Assembly (NCBI GenBank): GCA_001774945.1
Contig: MFBL01000043.1
Coordinates: forward strand, 2,782 to 66,781
Source: Candidatus Curtissbacteria bacterium RIFCSPHIGHO2_12_FULL_41_17
GTDB lineage: Bacteria > Patescibacteriota > Microgenomatia > Curtissbacterales > GWA2-41-24
DNA length: 64,000 bases
Direction of reading: 5' to 3'
The notes under the pieces were generated by a model. The model was not told where the DNA came from. It did no database searches and was given only the letters and a program-made list of their open reading frames with translations. Position numbers and translations under genes: made by a program. Positions 1 to 10,073 of this stretch are shown here, in pieces. Every line of letters begins with the position of its first letter. Position 1 is the stretch's first letter.

Positions 1-1551
1 CGAAAGCTATTTAATAGCGTCAGCAAAAAGCTTACGCCTGATAATGCCTTATATGGGTTAAACCATATGCATCTTTATGGTATCAATGCGCAATTTAAAG
101 ACGTTTCATCAAAACTTGAAAAGCTTTTAGATTTTTTATTTTTGCCTTTGCACAAATTATTTTTTTCCCAAATTGATTTCGATTTTAAGTTGGGAAGGGC
201 TCTTTTATTACTGCCTTGGCTAAATAAAGCCGATTGTATTGTTGCCAATACCGACGGTATTGCTCTTGCAATTTGCCTTTTAAAACGTTTGAGGCTTGTT
301 AACAAACCTCTTATCTATGCTGTCGGTTTATTTTATATTCAGGGCAATTTAAAAGCTGCGATCGACAATGAAAAAAAAAGTCTTTTTTTTCATTTTTATC
401 AATGGCTTCTTGGAGCTGCAGATCAAATTCTTTTTCATGCGCAGATTGAAAAAGATAAGCTCGTAAAAATGGGAGTTTATAATCCTGCCGTTTGTACATT
501 TGTACCTATGGGTTCAGATTCAGCTTTTTTTAACTTGAATAAATTTCAAAAATTGAAAAAGCTAGAAAATATCGTAGTCTCTGTTGGTAAAGATCGGGCC
601 AGGGATTACAAAACTCTTCTTGAATGTGCGAAAAAAATTCCATATATATCCTTCAAGCTTGTTTGCCGAAAGATCAATATAGCCGGACTAAATATTCCAA
701 ATAACGTTAAAGTTTATTTCGATCTGCCTTATATAGAGGTAGCTAAATTATATAAACAAGCCTCTCTGATTGTTATCCCTATTAGAGAAATGCATCGTTC
801 CAGCGGACAGATGACTCTTACGGATTGTATCCAGTGTTCAAAGCCGATCATTATAAGTGATGTGGTCGGAGTTAGTCATTATCCTCTTAAGAATAATGTC
901 AATGTCATAAAGGTTGCCCCCGAAAATCCCCAACTTCTTAAAAACGCAATTTTAAAACTGCTCAAAAATAATCAGTTGCGAACTAAACTAATCAGAAACA
1001 CCAAAACGTTGGCCGTACGCTACAGCACTAAAAATTATGCTCGATCCGTCGCAAAAACTATTAAATTCACCACAGACGATTTAAGACTGAAACCGATTAA
1101 AAAACCCGACCTTGAATTTATGCGCAATTTGCGTAATCAAAATCGCAATTTTTTTATCCATAGTGATGCAATTTCCACAAGCGAAAAACAAGCAGGTTGG
1201 TTTGAGGAATATACAAAAAAACATGATGATTACACTTTCATTCTGACTAAAAATGATACAAAGATCGGTATCGGTGCAATTTATAACATTAATGAGAAAA
1301 AAAGGAATGCCGAAATCGGCCGTTTTATTATTGACCAAAAATTCCAAGGTCATGGACACGGCAAAATCTTACTTAAAAAAATTGAAGAACTTGCTTTTAG
1401 CCGGCTGGGCCTGGAAAGTTTATACCTTGAAGTTTTAACTGGGAATAAGACGGCAGTCAACTTTTATAAAAAAACGGGATTTATTAAGCAAAAAGATATT
1501 TTAGTAAATGGTAAAAAAGTGACGTTTATGATTAAAAAGAAAGAATCATGA
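1..1551 (+). CDS. Glycosyltransferase family 1 (GT4-like) fused to a C-terminal GNAT N-acetyltransferase domain. It is 5'-partial because the reading frame is open from base 1.
   Basis: The ORF at 67..1551 has no in-frame stop back to the window edge. The middle region (VSVGKDRARDY...SGQMTLTDCIQCSKPIIISDV) looks like a GT1 C-terminal domain. The last ~150 aa (GIGAIYNI...RFIIDQKFQGHGHGKILLKKIEELAF...AVNFYKKTGF) carry a GNAT motif A (Q-x-x-G-x-G). Confidence 0.55.
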   Translation, partial: RKLFNSVSKKLTPDNALYGLNHMHLYGINAQFKDVSSKLEKLLDFLFLPLHKLFFSQIDFDFKLGRALLLLPWLNKADCIVANTDGIALAICLLKRLRLVNKPLIYAVGLFYIQGNLKAAIDNEKKSLFFHFYQWLLGAADQILFHAQIEKDKLVKMGVYNPAVCTFVPMGSDSAFFNLNKFQKLKKLENIVVSVGKDRARDYKTLLECAKKIPYISFKLVCRKINIAGLNIPNNVKVYFDLPYIEVAKLYKQASLIVIPIREMHRSSGQMTLTDCIQCSKPIIISDVVGVSHYPLKNNVNVIKVAPENPQLLKNAILKLLKNNQLRTKLIRNTKTLAVRYSTKNYARSVAKTIKFTTDDLRLKPIKKPDLEFMRNLRNQNRNFFIHSDAISTSEKQAGWFEEYTKKHDDYTFILTKNDTKIGIGAIYNINEKKRNAEIGRFIIDQKFQGHGHGKILLKKIEELAFSRLGLESLYLEVLTGNKTAVNFYKKTGFIKQKDILVNGKKVTFMIKKKES

Positions 1552-1590
1552 AAGTAGCGGTTTAGTTATTAGTGCAGTACAATTCAAAAC

Positions 1591-2769
1591 ATGCCTCAAA
1601 AGAATAAGTACCCTGTTGCAAATCTTTCTGTTCTGCCGGTTTTTAGACCATCAATGGGACAAGAAGAAATAGATGCTATTGCCGAGGTTATTAAAAGCGG
1701 CTGGATAGGTTTGGGGCCAAAAACAGAGGAGTTTGAGAAAAAATTTGCTGCTTTTGTTAACAGCGGTAATGCAATTGCTCTTTCTTCTGCAACGGCCGCT
1801 CTGCACTTAAGTTTACTTGCATTAGGAATCGGCAAGGGTGATGAAGTTTTAGTTCCCTCACTCACTTTTGTATCTACATCTCATGCTGTACTTTATGTTG
1901 GGGCAAAACCAGTCTTTGTTGATATTGATGAAGAAACTCTCTGCATGGACCCGGGGGATTTAGAGAGAAAGATTACCCGAAAGGCAAAAGCCATTATTCC
2001 GGTTGACTATGGCGGCCATCCTGCGGATCTTGATTCGATTAACCGTATTGCAAGATTTCATAAACTAACAGTAATTGAGGATGCCAGTCACGCAGCCGGA
2101 GCAAAGTATAAAGGAAGAATGGTTGGCGGCATTTCAGACCTTACTTGTTTTTCGTTCCACGCAGTCAAAAATTTGGCAACCGGGGATGGGGGAATGGTGA
2201 CAACAAATAATTCCAAGATAACCCAGAAAATAAGAAACTTACGGTGGATGGGTATCAACAAAGACACTTGGGAGCGTGAAGAACAAGTACTTAAAAAAAG
2301 TTATCGCCAATACGGATGGTTTTATGATGTTACTGATCTTGGCTACAAATATCATATGAATGATATTGCGGCAAGTCTTGGTCTGGTTCAGCTAAAAAAT
2401 CTCCAGAAAACGAACGCTATTCGTCGAAAGCTCTCAAGTCGTTACAATCAAAAACTCAACAATATCAGGTGGATTTCTACGCCTACCTTAAGGCCTTGGG
2501 CAAGAAGTGCTAATCATAATTACGTCATAAGAACTCATTTGCGGGATCGGCTCAATCTCTTTTTGAAGAAAAAGCGAATTTCATCTGGTGTTCATTACAT
2601 GCCAATTCATCACTTTTCATATTACAAAAACCATGGATATTCTGCCGATGTTCCCATAACAGATAGAATATGGAGTACCTTGCTGACTCTGCCTCTATAT
2701 CCTACTCTTTCAGACGAAGATCAAGACAGGGTAATTAAGGCTATCTACGATTTTGACAAAACTATCTAA
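1591..2769 (+). CDS. DegT/DnrJ/EryC1/StrS-family PLP-dependent sugar aminotransferase.
   Basis: Carries the FSFHAVKNLATGDGG motif with the PLP lysine. The N-terminal fold II aminotransferase pattern (IGLGPKTEEFEKKFA, DEVLVPSLTFVSTSHAV) is also present. Confidence 0.8.
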   Translation: MPQKNKYPVANLSVLPVFRPSMGQEEIDAIAEVIKSGWIGLGPKTEEFEKKFAAFVNSGNAIALSSATAALHLSLLALGIGKGDEVLVPSLTFVSTSHAVLYVGAKPVFVDIDEETLCMDPGDLERKITRKAKAIIPVDYGGHPADLDSINRIARFHKLTVIEDASHAAGAKYKGRMVGGISDLTCFSFHAVKNLATGDGGMVTTNNSKITQKIRNLRWMGINKDTWEREEQVLKKSYRQYGWFYDVTDLGYKYHMNDIAASLGLVQLKNLQKTNAIRRKLSSRYNQKLNNIRWISTPTLRPWARSANHNYVIRTHLRDRLNLFLKKKRISSGVHYMPIHHFSYYKNHGYSADVPITDRIWSTLLTLPLYPTLSDEDQDRVIKAIYDFDKTI

Positions 2770-3399
2770 ATGGTGAAAAGAAAAATTCAAGTCCCCGAAG
2801 ATCATTATTTCAACCTTAAATATGATTCCAAGGGACGCTGGATTAGCTACTGGTACCAAATTAAAGAAGTTTTGTCATTTAGCCCGGAAACGGTTTTAGA
2901 GATAGGGGTAGGCAATAAAACAGTTTCGGATTATCTTAAAAAGATTGGATTAAATGTCAAAACTTGCGATTTTGATAAAAGCCTAAAACCGGATGTAGTA
3001 GGGGATGTTTTAGATTTACCATTTAAAGGTGACAGCTTTGATGTAGTTTTATGTGCTCAGGTTCTAGAACATTTGCCTCCTGTTAAGTTCACCAAAGCCC
3101 TTGGAGAAATTTACAGAGTGTGCAAAAAAGCTGCTGTTATCACCTTACCCCATTTTAGCCTGACCAATTTGTATTTTGGTTTTAAGCTAATTCCTTTTGT
3201 TCCAAAGATTGAATTATCGCTTAAAGTTGATTGGCCTTTTAAACACAAGTTCAAAGGTGAACATTATTGGGAGATTGGCAAGAAGGAATATTATTTAAAC
3301 AAAATCAAAAAGAAAATTGAAGATGCGGGTTTTAGCATTGAAAAATCATTTTATCCCGCCGAAAATCCCTTCCACCACTTTTTTGTCATCAAAAAATAA
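2770..3399 (+). CDS. Class I SAM-dependent methyltransferase (Methyltransf_11-like).
   Basis: Has a glycine-rich VLEIGVGNKT motif I and DLPFKGDSFDVVLCAQVLEHL motifs II/III. Its start overlaps the stop of the upstream aminotransferase (TAAATG). Confidence 0.6.
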   Translation: MVKRKIQVPEDHYFNLKYDSKGRWISYWYQIKEVLSFSPETVLEIGVGNKTVSDYLKKIGLNVKTCDFDKSLKPDVVGDVLDLPFKGDSFDVVLCAQVLEHLPPVKFTKALGEIYRVCKKAAVITLPHFSLTNLYFGFKLIPFVPKIELSLKVDWPFKHKFKGEHYWEIGKKEYYLNKIKKKIEDAGFSIEKSFYPAENPFHHFFVIKK

Positions 3400-3465
3400 G
3401 TCCTATATTAAAAAATTACCCATCACCTTAAAGAAAACAATTCTTTGATATAATAACGAATAAAA

Positions 3466-4485
3466 ATGCTAAGGTACAAAATAGTTGTTACAGGTAATGC
3501 CGGTTTTATGGGTTCGCATCTGGTGGATTACTTAATTAATTTAGGACACGAGGTACATGGAATAGATAATCTATCAGGAGGATATTTAAGAAATATTTCA
3601 TCACAAGCCAAACCTACTTTCATAAAGATAGATCTGTGTGATAAAAAAAGAACTTCATTGATAATAAAACAATTAAGACCCCAGATTATTTATCATTTGG
3701 CAGCTATTGCACGGGAAGGGTTATCTCAGTTTACCCCTATAAGTCATGTTGAAAACAATTATAATGCTTACTTAAATTTACTTATTCCGGCAATCAATAA
3801 TGGTGTTAAGAGAATAGTCCTTTGTTCATCAATGGCTGTTTATGGAAATCAAAAACCGCCATTTGCTGAAAACATGCGTCGGGAACCCCACGATATTTAC
3901 GGTATTGCAAAAACAGCAATGGAACAAACGACCGAAGTGCTCGCAGATGTTAATATGTTCGAATATGTAATTCTAAGACCTCATAATGTATACGGACCCA
4001 GACAAAATCTAGCTGATCCCTATCGAAATGTAGTCGCCATTTTTATTAATTGTTTACTCAAAAATAAACCTTTCTATATCTATGGAGATGGAGAACAAAA
4101 ACGCGCATTTTCTTATATTGACGATATTACTCCTTCTATAGCAAAAGCAGGCTTTAATAAAAATGTAATTAACGAAATTGTTAATATAGGACCCGAAAAA
4201 GAATATACGATTAATCAATTATCCCAAATTATTTTAAAATCATTTAAATCCAAACTAAAACCAATCTATCAAAAAGAGCGGCCCAGAGAAGTAAAAGAAG
4301 CTTTTTGCTCATCCCAAAAAGCTCGTGAACTTTTGGGTTTTAAGGATAAAACGTCACTTGAACAAGGTGTTTTAAAAATGATGGACTGGGCAAAATCAAT
4401 AGGTTACACAAAGCCAAAATATCTCAAAGAACTCGAGCTCGAAAACAGTCAAACTCCAGAAACGTGGAGTAGTAAGCTGATTTAA
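3466..4485 (+). CDS. NAD-dependent sugar epimerase/dehydratase (extended SDR).
   Basis: Has a VTGNAGFMGSHL Rossmann motif, a YGIAK catalytic Y-x3-K and the typical PHNVYGPRQ motif. Confidence 0.7.
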   Translation: MLRYKIVVTGNAGFMGSHLVDYLINLGHEVHGIDNLSGGYLRNISSQAKPTFIKIDLCDKKRTSLIIKQLRPQIIYHLAAIAREGLSQFTPISHVENNYNAYLNLLIPAINNGVKRIVLCSSMAVYGNQKPPFAENMRREPHDIYGIAKTAMEQTTEVLADVNMFEYVILRPHNVYGPRQNLADPYRNVVAIFINCLLKNKPFYIYGDGEQKRAFSYIDDITPSIAKAGFNKNVINEIVNIGPEKEYTINQLSQIILKSFKSKLKPIYQKERPREVKEAFCSSQKARELLGFKDKTSLEQGVLKMMDWAKSIGYTKPKYLKELELENSQTPETWSSKLI

Positions 4486-4501
4486 CTGCCTAAAGACAAA
4501 T

Positions 4502-5701
4502 ATGGCCCTAAAAACTCTGGCGATTCTAAGCGATGAAGACTTAATCCGCTCCGATAGAACATCTAGCATGGCTATTAGGCAAAGATTTCTTGCAAATCTT
4601 CTCTCAAAAATATTCAATGTATCTCTTGTAACATCATTCGGAAAACACCAAGAAAAAAAACTATCGAATATTAAAATCATGGGTGGCGTAGGAAACCTGC
4701 ACAGCTTGTCAAAAGAAAAATTCGACGCTGTCATTATCGGTCTTGCTACAAATAAAGACTCTATTTACTATAAATATTCGAAATTGAAACCAAAGTCACC
4801 GATTATAGTTGATATGTACTACGCTATAATTTTCGAAAAATTAATTACACTGGAAAACTCATGGTCTGGCAATAGAATTTTTAACGAGAAGCTAAAAGTG
4901 TTAGATAAAATATTGGGCTCTGGTGATCATTTTATCTGTGCTACTTCACAACAAAAAGATTATCTACTTGGTATGCTTTCATCAATTGGTTGTATTAATA
5001 CTTCTAATTTTAGTGAAGAGTTGGTATCTATCGCACCGACTATTATCGATACAACTTTTAAAAAAAATAAAGTAAAGAAATTACGAAGTGGTTCACAATT
5101 TGGCGGGAATGACAAAATTGTCTTATGGCTTGGCGGAATTTACCCCTGGTTCGATCCTTGTCCTCTTATCGAGGCAATGCCGCAAGTTATTAGAAACACA
5201 AAAAATACTAAATTGCTCATTTTAGGCGGGAAGCACCCTAACATCGAATACAAATCATTTTATGATAAAGCTCTGGTGCTTGTACAAAAGTCTGGACTTT
5301 TAGGGAAAAGCATCATTTTTATGGATTGGGTCGATGAAAAGCAAAGCTACGCTTACATAAAAGAAGTCGATTTAAATGTGATATTGTCGCAACAAACGTT
5401 AGAAGACAAATATGCCTTTAGAACTAGAATCCTTGCACCTACACTTTTGGGGATTCCAAGTATTACCAACGGCAGCGATTATATCTCTAGCCTTATAAAA
5501 AAACACGGTGCAGGAGTAGTGCTAAATAGTACTGATCCAACAAATATAGCTGCAGCAATCAATGGTTTCTTTAGATTACAGGATGAGAAGCGCAAGATTA
5601 TAAGTGTCAAAAAAGTAATATCAGAAATAAAAAGTTCTACAGACCTTAAAAACCTTATAAACTTTGTTGAGAGGCGGCAAAACATAAAAGAAACACACTG
5701 A
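4502..5701 (+). CDS. Putative glycosyltransferase family 1 (GT-B fold).
   Basis: The C-terminal half (IVLWLGGIYPWFDP...LLILGG...GIPSITNGSDYISSLIKKHGAGVV) resembles a GT1 donor-binding domain. The match is weak. Confidence 0.4.
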   Translation: MALKTLAILSDEDLIRSDRTSSMAIRQRFLANLLSKIFNVSLVTSFGKHQEKKLSNIKIMGGVGNLHSLSKEKFDAVIIGLATNKDSIYYKYSKLKPKSPIIVDMYYAIIFEKLITLENSWSGNRIFNEKLKVLDKILGSGDHFICATSQQKDYLLGMLSSIGCINTSNFSEELVSIAPTIIDTTFKKNKVKKLRSGSQFGGNDKIVLWLGGIYPWFDPCPLIEAMPQVIRNTKNTKLLILGGKHPNIEYKSFYDKALVLVQKSGLLGKSIIFMDWVDEKQSYAYIKEVDLNVILSQQTLEDKYAFRTRILAPTLLGIPSITNGSDYISSLIKKHGAGVVLNSTDPTNIAAAINGFFRLQDEKRKIISVKKVISEIKSSTDLKNLINFVERRQNIKETH

Positions 5702-5768
5702 GGATAAATAACCTGTCGGATTTCCTAAATAAGCGAATAACAAAATTATTTTCAATTTCAAATTAATA

Positions 5769-7457
5769 ATGTCAGAATCTATTAAGATAAACCTCATGCA
5801 CTTCAAAGAAAACTTTGATACGAGAAAAAAGAATTTGATTGCAATAATTTCAATTATTGTTGTTACAGTCCTGTTAATTAGCCTGATGTTTCCATTAAAA
5901 AATCAAACAGCAGGTGATGATTATGCGTACGCTTATTCAGTTAAAAAGTCAATAGAAACTGGTCGACTGTACCTTTCTGAAGCAACTACAGCGGCTTTGG
6001 TTTTTCCGGTTCTTTGGGCAATTTTATTTTCTTCGTTTTTAGGCTTTTCATTTAAGACTTTACATATTTCTGTAGTATTTTTTTTACCCATCATTGCAAT
6101 AACAACTTATTTTCTACTAAAACAATTCAAATTAAAGCCACATTTAGCTTTTTTTGCATCACTATTTTTTATCTCAGTACCTTTTATTTTTCAATATGCG
6201 TTCACTTTTCTGACTGATATCCCTTTTTTAACATTAGAACTGTTAGTTTTGCTTTTTTTTGTCAGAGGATTAAAGGCAGATAAAAAAGGAGATCTATTTT
6301 TAGGTTCTATCTTTTCTGCTCTTGCTTTCTTAACAAGACAATTAGGACTCTTATTACCCTTGAGTGTTCTAGCTGCATATATAGTTACCTCCAGAATTAA
6401 TATAATTTCCAGAAAATATTTAAGTATTCTGGCAATCTCCGTACTGCCTGCGTTAACAGTTATCTTGTACATTTTAGTTTTTAGGGAAGGAACGGTGAAT
6501 CAATACATTTATGGCAAAAGAGTTTCCGAAACTATACATTCACTGCTTTTCGCACGATCTGCTTCCGTAGGACTTGAAGCATGGTCACGAATTATATACG
6601 TGGCTTTAGAATATTTTTGGCAAGCCTTAGGCCTTTTCTCACTGTTTGCCATAACAGTTATTGCCTCGAATTTCAAAAGATATTTAAGTAAAAAGGCTAT
6701 AAAATCTTTAATGTTAGCACTAATCGTCTTTATCGGCCTTGTACTTCTAGAAAAAATAGTCTATATGGAAAAAACCTATTTGGGTTTTCCGTTAGTGTTG
6801 TACAGGTATGAGAGTCTATTTCCGGTGCCTTGGCCTCATATATGGAAATACTTGGTCATGATAAGTTTTTTATTCGTAACAACAGAAAGTTTGTTAAACT
6901 TGAAGAACTTAAAATTTACAAGAACTGCTATCTTTCTTTTAACATCTTTTTTGCTTTTTCTCGGAATGAGTGCAATTGCTATCCCGTCTCATAAAAAATA
7001 CGTCATGTCCTTGTTGCCTTTCTTCCTAATTTACATCTGCTTATTATCCAAAAAGCTGAAAATTTCCGGACTTGTCGCCATACCAGTATTACTTTTTGTC
7101 CTAATCGACTCATTGCAAATGACAAAACTTAGATACGATACAAACGCACTTGCCCAGCAAAAAGGTCTTGAAATAGTTGGTAGAGGAATTGACATAGATA
7201 GAGTTCTGCCTAATCTGGAATATACATGGTCACTTTGGTATACAGTTGAAGATAAATATGCACAAGAGTTGAAAAAAGCCGGAGGTGATAAATTAACAGT
7301 AACATATCCCGTGACACCAGCCAACCAAGATTACCTAATTATTTCCAAGGAAAATATAAAATATGGAAATTTACCACAAAAATATTTATTTATCGAAAAC
7401 AGTCCATTTACTAGCTTATTTGTTTCTTCTTACCTTTTAACTATTAAAAAACTATGA
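5769..7457 (+). CDS. Polytopic membrane protein, probably a GT-C-fold (PMT/ArnT-like) glycosyltransferase. First of three tandem paralogs.
   Basis: Has an N-terminal TM helix followed by a DDYAYAYSV loop (DE-like motif) and more than ten hydrophobic segments. It shares blocks with the next two ORFs: TDIPFLTLE, LAFLTRQLG, FPVPWPHIWKY and SLQMTKLRYD. It also has a C-terminal soluble domain. Confidence 0.5.
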   Translation: MSESIKINLMHFKENFDTRKKNLIAIISIIVVTVLLISLMFPLKNQTAGDDYAYAYSVKKSIETGRLYLSEATTAALVFPVLWAILFSSFLGFSFKTLHISVVFFLPIIAITTYFLLKQFKLKPHLAFFASLFFISVPFIFQYAFTFLTDIPFLTLELLVLLFFVRGLKADKKGDLFLGSIFSALAFLTRQLGLLLPLSVLAAYIVTSRINIISRKYLSILAISVLPALTVILYILVFREGTVNQYIYGKRVSETIHSLLFARSASVGLEAWSRIIYVALEYFWQALGLFSLFAITVIASNFKRYLSKKAIKSLMLALIVFIGLVLLEKIVYMEKTYLGFPLVLYRYESLFPVPWPHIWKYLVMISFLFVTTESLLNLKNLKFTRTAIFLLTSFLLFLGMSAIAIPSHKKYVMSLLPFFLIYICLLSKKLKISGLVAIPVLLFVLIDSLQMTKLRYDTNALAQQKGLEIVGRGIDIDRVLPNLEYTWSLWYTVEDKYAQELKKAGGDKLTVTYPVTPANQDYLIISKENIKYGNLPQKYLFIENSPFTSLFVSSYLLTIKKL

Positions 7458-7520
7458 CACATGCTGTTCCAAAGAATCACCTTGACAACAATATCTTTAA
7501 ACATCATACGATTAGAATGA

Positions 7521-8255
7521 TTACTTTTTCGTCCCAAAACCGATAATCCATGCCCCGATTATGCTAGCTAGTGGTGTTGCAGCCAAAATATGATCAAAAA
7601 TATTATATATCGAAAGGAGTACCTCAGCCTTTTTATTTTCGAGGTATTTCATATTAATGCCGGAAATAATTTCGGTTTCAACATTAAAATCGAAACCTCC
7701 AAACACCTTCTCAATTTCACTAGTTGTCAGGAGCCTTTCATTTTCAGTTATGCCGACTCTTGTAGAAAAAGGTGAGCTTGGGCTTCTATATAACCAAAAA
7801 GCAGGATTATATTTATTTGGGTCGTAAGAGAAAAAATGACCTCCTGGCTTAAGTATCCTGGATGCTTCTTTGGCGACTTTTGAAAAGTCTGGAAAATGAT
7901 GTAATATCCCGGAGTAACAAATTAAGTCAACTGAAGCTGAAGGAAACCTTGTCTTTTCGATATCCCCAACTTCAAATTTTAAATTAGAATAATCTTGTTT
8001 AGCCCTCTTAATGCAGCCTTTGGAAATATCTAAACCGATAATCTCACTTTTTGGTAGTTCCTTTGCAAGTCTTGCCGTAAAAGCTCCGCTGCCGCAACCC
8101 ATGTCAATCACGTTTTTTATATCTGAAGACTTAAACTTTTTTTTCAAACGCGACAGAATTTTATAGTAGCCGCTATCATCAAATGCGTCATACCCGCCCT
8201 CGATATCAAATTTATCAAAAAACGTAACCTCTGCCTTTTTATTCTGGGCTGTCAT
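7521..8255 (-). CDS. Class I SAM-dependent methyltransferase.
   Basis: Carries VIDMGCGSGAFTARLA (motif I) and DLICYSGILHH. It is the only minus-strand gene in the first 25 kb. Confidence 0.65.
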   Translation of the reverse strand: MTAQNKKAEVTFFDKFDIEGGYDAFDDSGYYKILSRLKKKFKSSDIKNVIDMGCGSGAFTARLAKELPKSEIIGLDISKGCIKRAKQDYSNLKFEVGDIEKTRFPSASVDLICYSGILHHFPDFSKVAKEASRILKPGGHFFSYDPNKYNPAFWLYRSPSSPFSTRVGITENERLLTTSEIEKVFGGFDFNVETEIISGINMKYLENKKAEVLLSIYNIFDHILAATPLASIIGAWIIGFGTKK

Positions 8256-8348
8256 TGTGTCTTAAAATTTGCTTGGAAAAACCGCGTGTTATGTTGATTA
8301 TATGAAATTAACTGATATTATTACAACAGTTTACGGCCGCTAGTATTT

Positions 8349-10073
8349 ATGAGATACTCAATTATCCAAAAATTCCTGCTTCTTGTACTTGCCTACAAAA
8401 AGAAAACACTCCAAATGCTTAAGTCTGACAAAAATATTTACTTATTCCTATTGGCCGTTTTTTTTGTAGTCTTAACTATCATGTTGCCTTTTAAAGACCA
8501 GTTATTTTCTGAGGATTTTGCCTATGCTCAAAGCGTAAGACATTTTATTAATACTGGAGATTTAAAAATATCAGAAAGAGTAGTACCAACTAGTATTACT
8601 CATATAATTTGGGGAACGGTTGTTACAAAATTTCTTGGGCTTTCTTTAGCAAATCTCCATTTTTCTGTTGTGCTGCTTTTACCGTTTTTGCTTTTTGCGT
8701 TGTACAAATTATTTAGCTTAATTGGCTGCAATAAAGAAAAAAGTTTTATCTTCACAATATTTTTTTTCTCAATACCCTGGATATTACAGCTAAGCTATAC
8801 ATTTACGACGGATATACCATTTTTGATCTTAGAAGTTTTTGCAATACTGTTTTATATACAGGGATTTAAAGAGAATAAAACGACGAGTTTGTTGATTGGA
8901 TCAATATTTGCCTCTTTAGCATTTTTAACAAGGCAGTTAGGGATACTTTTGGCATTTGCCGCTTTTGTTACTGTCATTCTTAGCAGTAACAGCAAAAATC
9001 AAAAAATTAAAAATGCACTATTATCCTTAGGCATTCCTCTACTAACTCTTTTTTTGTATTTATGGTGGTTAAGTTTTCCTGAAAATAAAACCATCGCCCA
9101 ACTTAGCACGTATCGAGAGCTCAAAGAAACTTATTTTTATTCGTTTGCGCTTAATATTTTGATAGAGAATCTTGCAAGGATTATTCACACAACCTTAAAT
9201 CTGACCAGCCAAGCGTTAGGCTTATTATTTCCTATTATTTTATTGTTACTTTTAACTAACTTGAAAAGAGTATTTAATCTTGCGAATAAAAATAAACGCA
9301 GATTCACAGTTGCCACAATTGTTGCTGTAATTATCTATGCTATCGACATTATTAATTTCAGAAAAGAATACACTGTTGGTTTCCCGTTTAATATCTACCA
9401 ATATGAAAATCTTTTGCCAGTTCCTTGGGCACATATTTGGAAATATATAGTGTTAATTAGTCTCCCAATACTTAGCTGTACAATTTATCTACAATACAAA
9501 AATGTAATTAAACTTAACAATTATCAACGATTTATATCTTTATCCTTTGTTTTTTTAGCAATTCCAACAGTGATCCATGTTGCAAAATGGGATATATATA
9601 TAATTCCGTTTTTACCGCTCTCAATGTTATGGATTGCTAGTTCGACAAAAAAATTCACGCTAAATTTAAAACTTTCCTTGGTTGTTGTTTTAATATTGTT
9701 ATTAGATTCAGTGCAAATGACAAAATTAAGATATAACGAGTCAGCTCTCATATGGGAAAAAGCTATGAAATTAGTAGACAGCGGAATAAGTCCTGCCGAA
9801 ATTGACCCAAGTAACAATTTTGGCTGGTACTACTGGTTTTATTACGAAAAGTTGGCAAGCGATTCTATTAAATCTAACGACGGTAATAAGGATAAATCAG
9901 ACTACGGATTTGTTATAGCAAAACCCGACCTTCCCAAATATAGAATCTATACTGAAAGAATGATTCGTTATAGTAGCCTAAACACTACAAATTATAAAGT
10001 TCAAACGATTCCGCTTAGAAGTTTCTTGGTTAACTCGAAAATATATTTTATGCAACTTGATGAAAGATACTAG
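8349..10073 (+). CDS. GT-C-like polytopic membrane protein, second tandem paralog.
   Basis: Carries EDFAYAQSVRHF, TDIPFLILEV, LAFLTRQLG, LPVPWAHIWKY and SVQMTKLRYN, all collinear with 5769..7457. Confidence 0.5.
   Translation: MRYSIIQKFLLLVLAYKKKTLQMLKSDKNIYLFLLAVFFVVLTIMLPFKDQLFSEDFAYAQSVRHFINTGDLKISERVVPTSITHIIWGTVVTKFLGLSLANLHFSVVLLLPFLLFALYKLFSLIGCNKEKSFIFTIFFFSIPWILQLSYTFTTDIPFLILEVFAILFYIQGFKENKTTSLLIGSIFASLAFLTRQLGILLAFAAFVTVILSSNSKNQKIKNALLSLGIPLLTLFLYLWWLSFPENKTIAQLSTYRELKETYFYSFALNILIENLARIIHTTLNLTSQALGLLFPIILLLLLTNLKRVFNLANKNKRRFTVATIVAVIIYAIDIINFRKEYTVGFPFNIYQYENLLPVPWAHIWKYIVLISLPILSCTIYLQYKNVIKLNNYQRFISLSFVFLAIPTVIHVAKWDIYIIPFLPLSMLWIASSTKKFTLNLKLSLVVVLILLLDSVQMTKLRYNESALIWEKAMKLVDSGISPAEIDPSNNFGWYYWFYYEKLASDSIKSNDGNKDKSDYGFVIAKPDLPKYRIYTERMIRYSSLNTTNYKVQTIPLRSFLVNSKIYFMQLDERY

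Noticed and set aside
75-1438. Short ORFs of 60-110 aa on the opposite strand or in an alternative frame inside the large genes. Examples are 75..305, 311..499, 1081..1359, 1253..1438, and likewise 4396..4734, 6191..6472 and 7031..7324.
   Set aside because: They are fully nested in well-supported CDSs. Their translations are low-complexity or lack any recognisable motif. Such ORFs are expected by chance in AT-rich DNA antisense to coding sequence.
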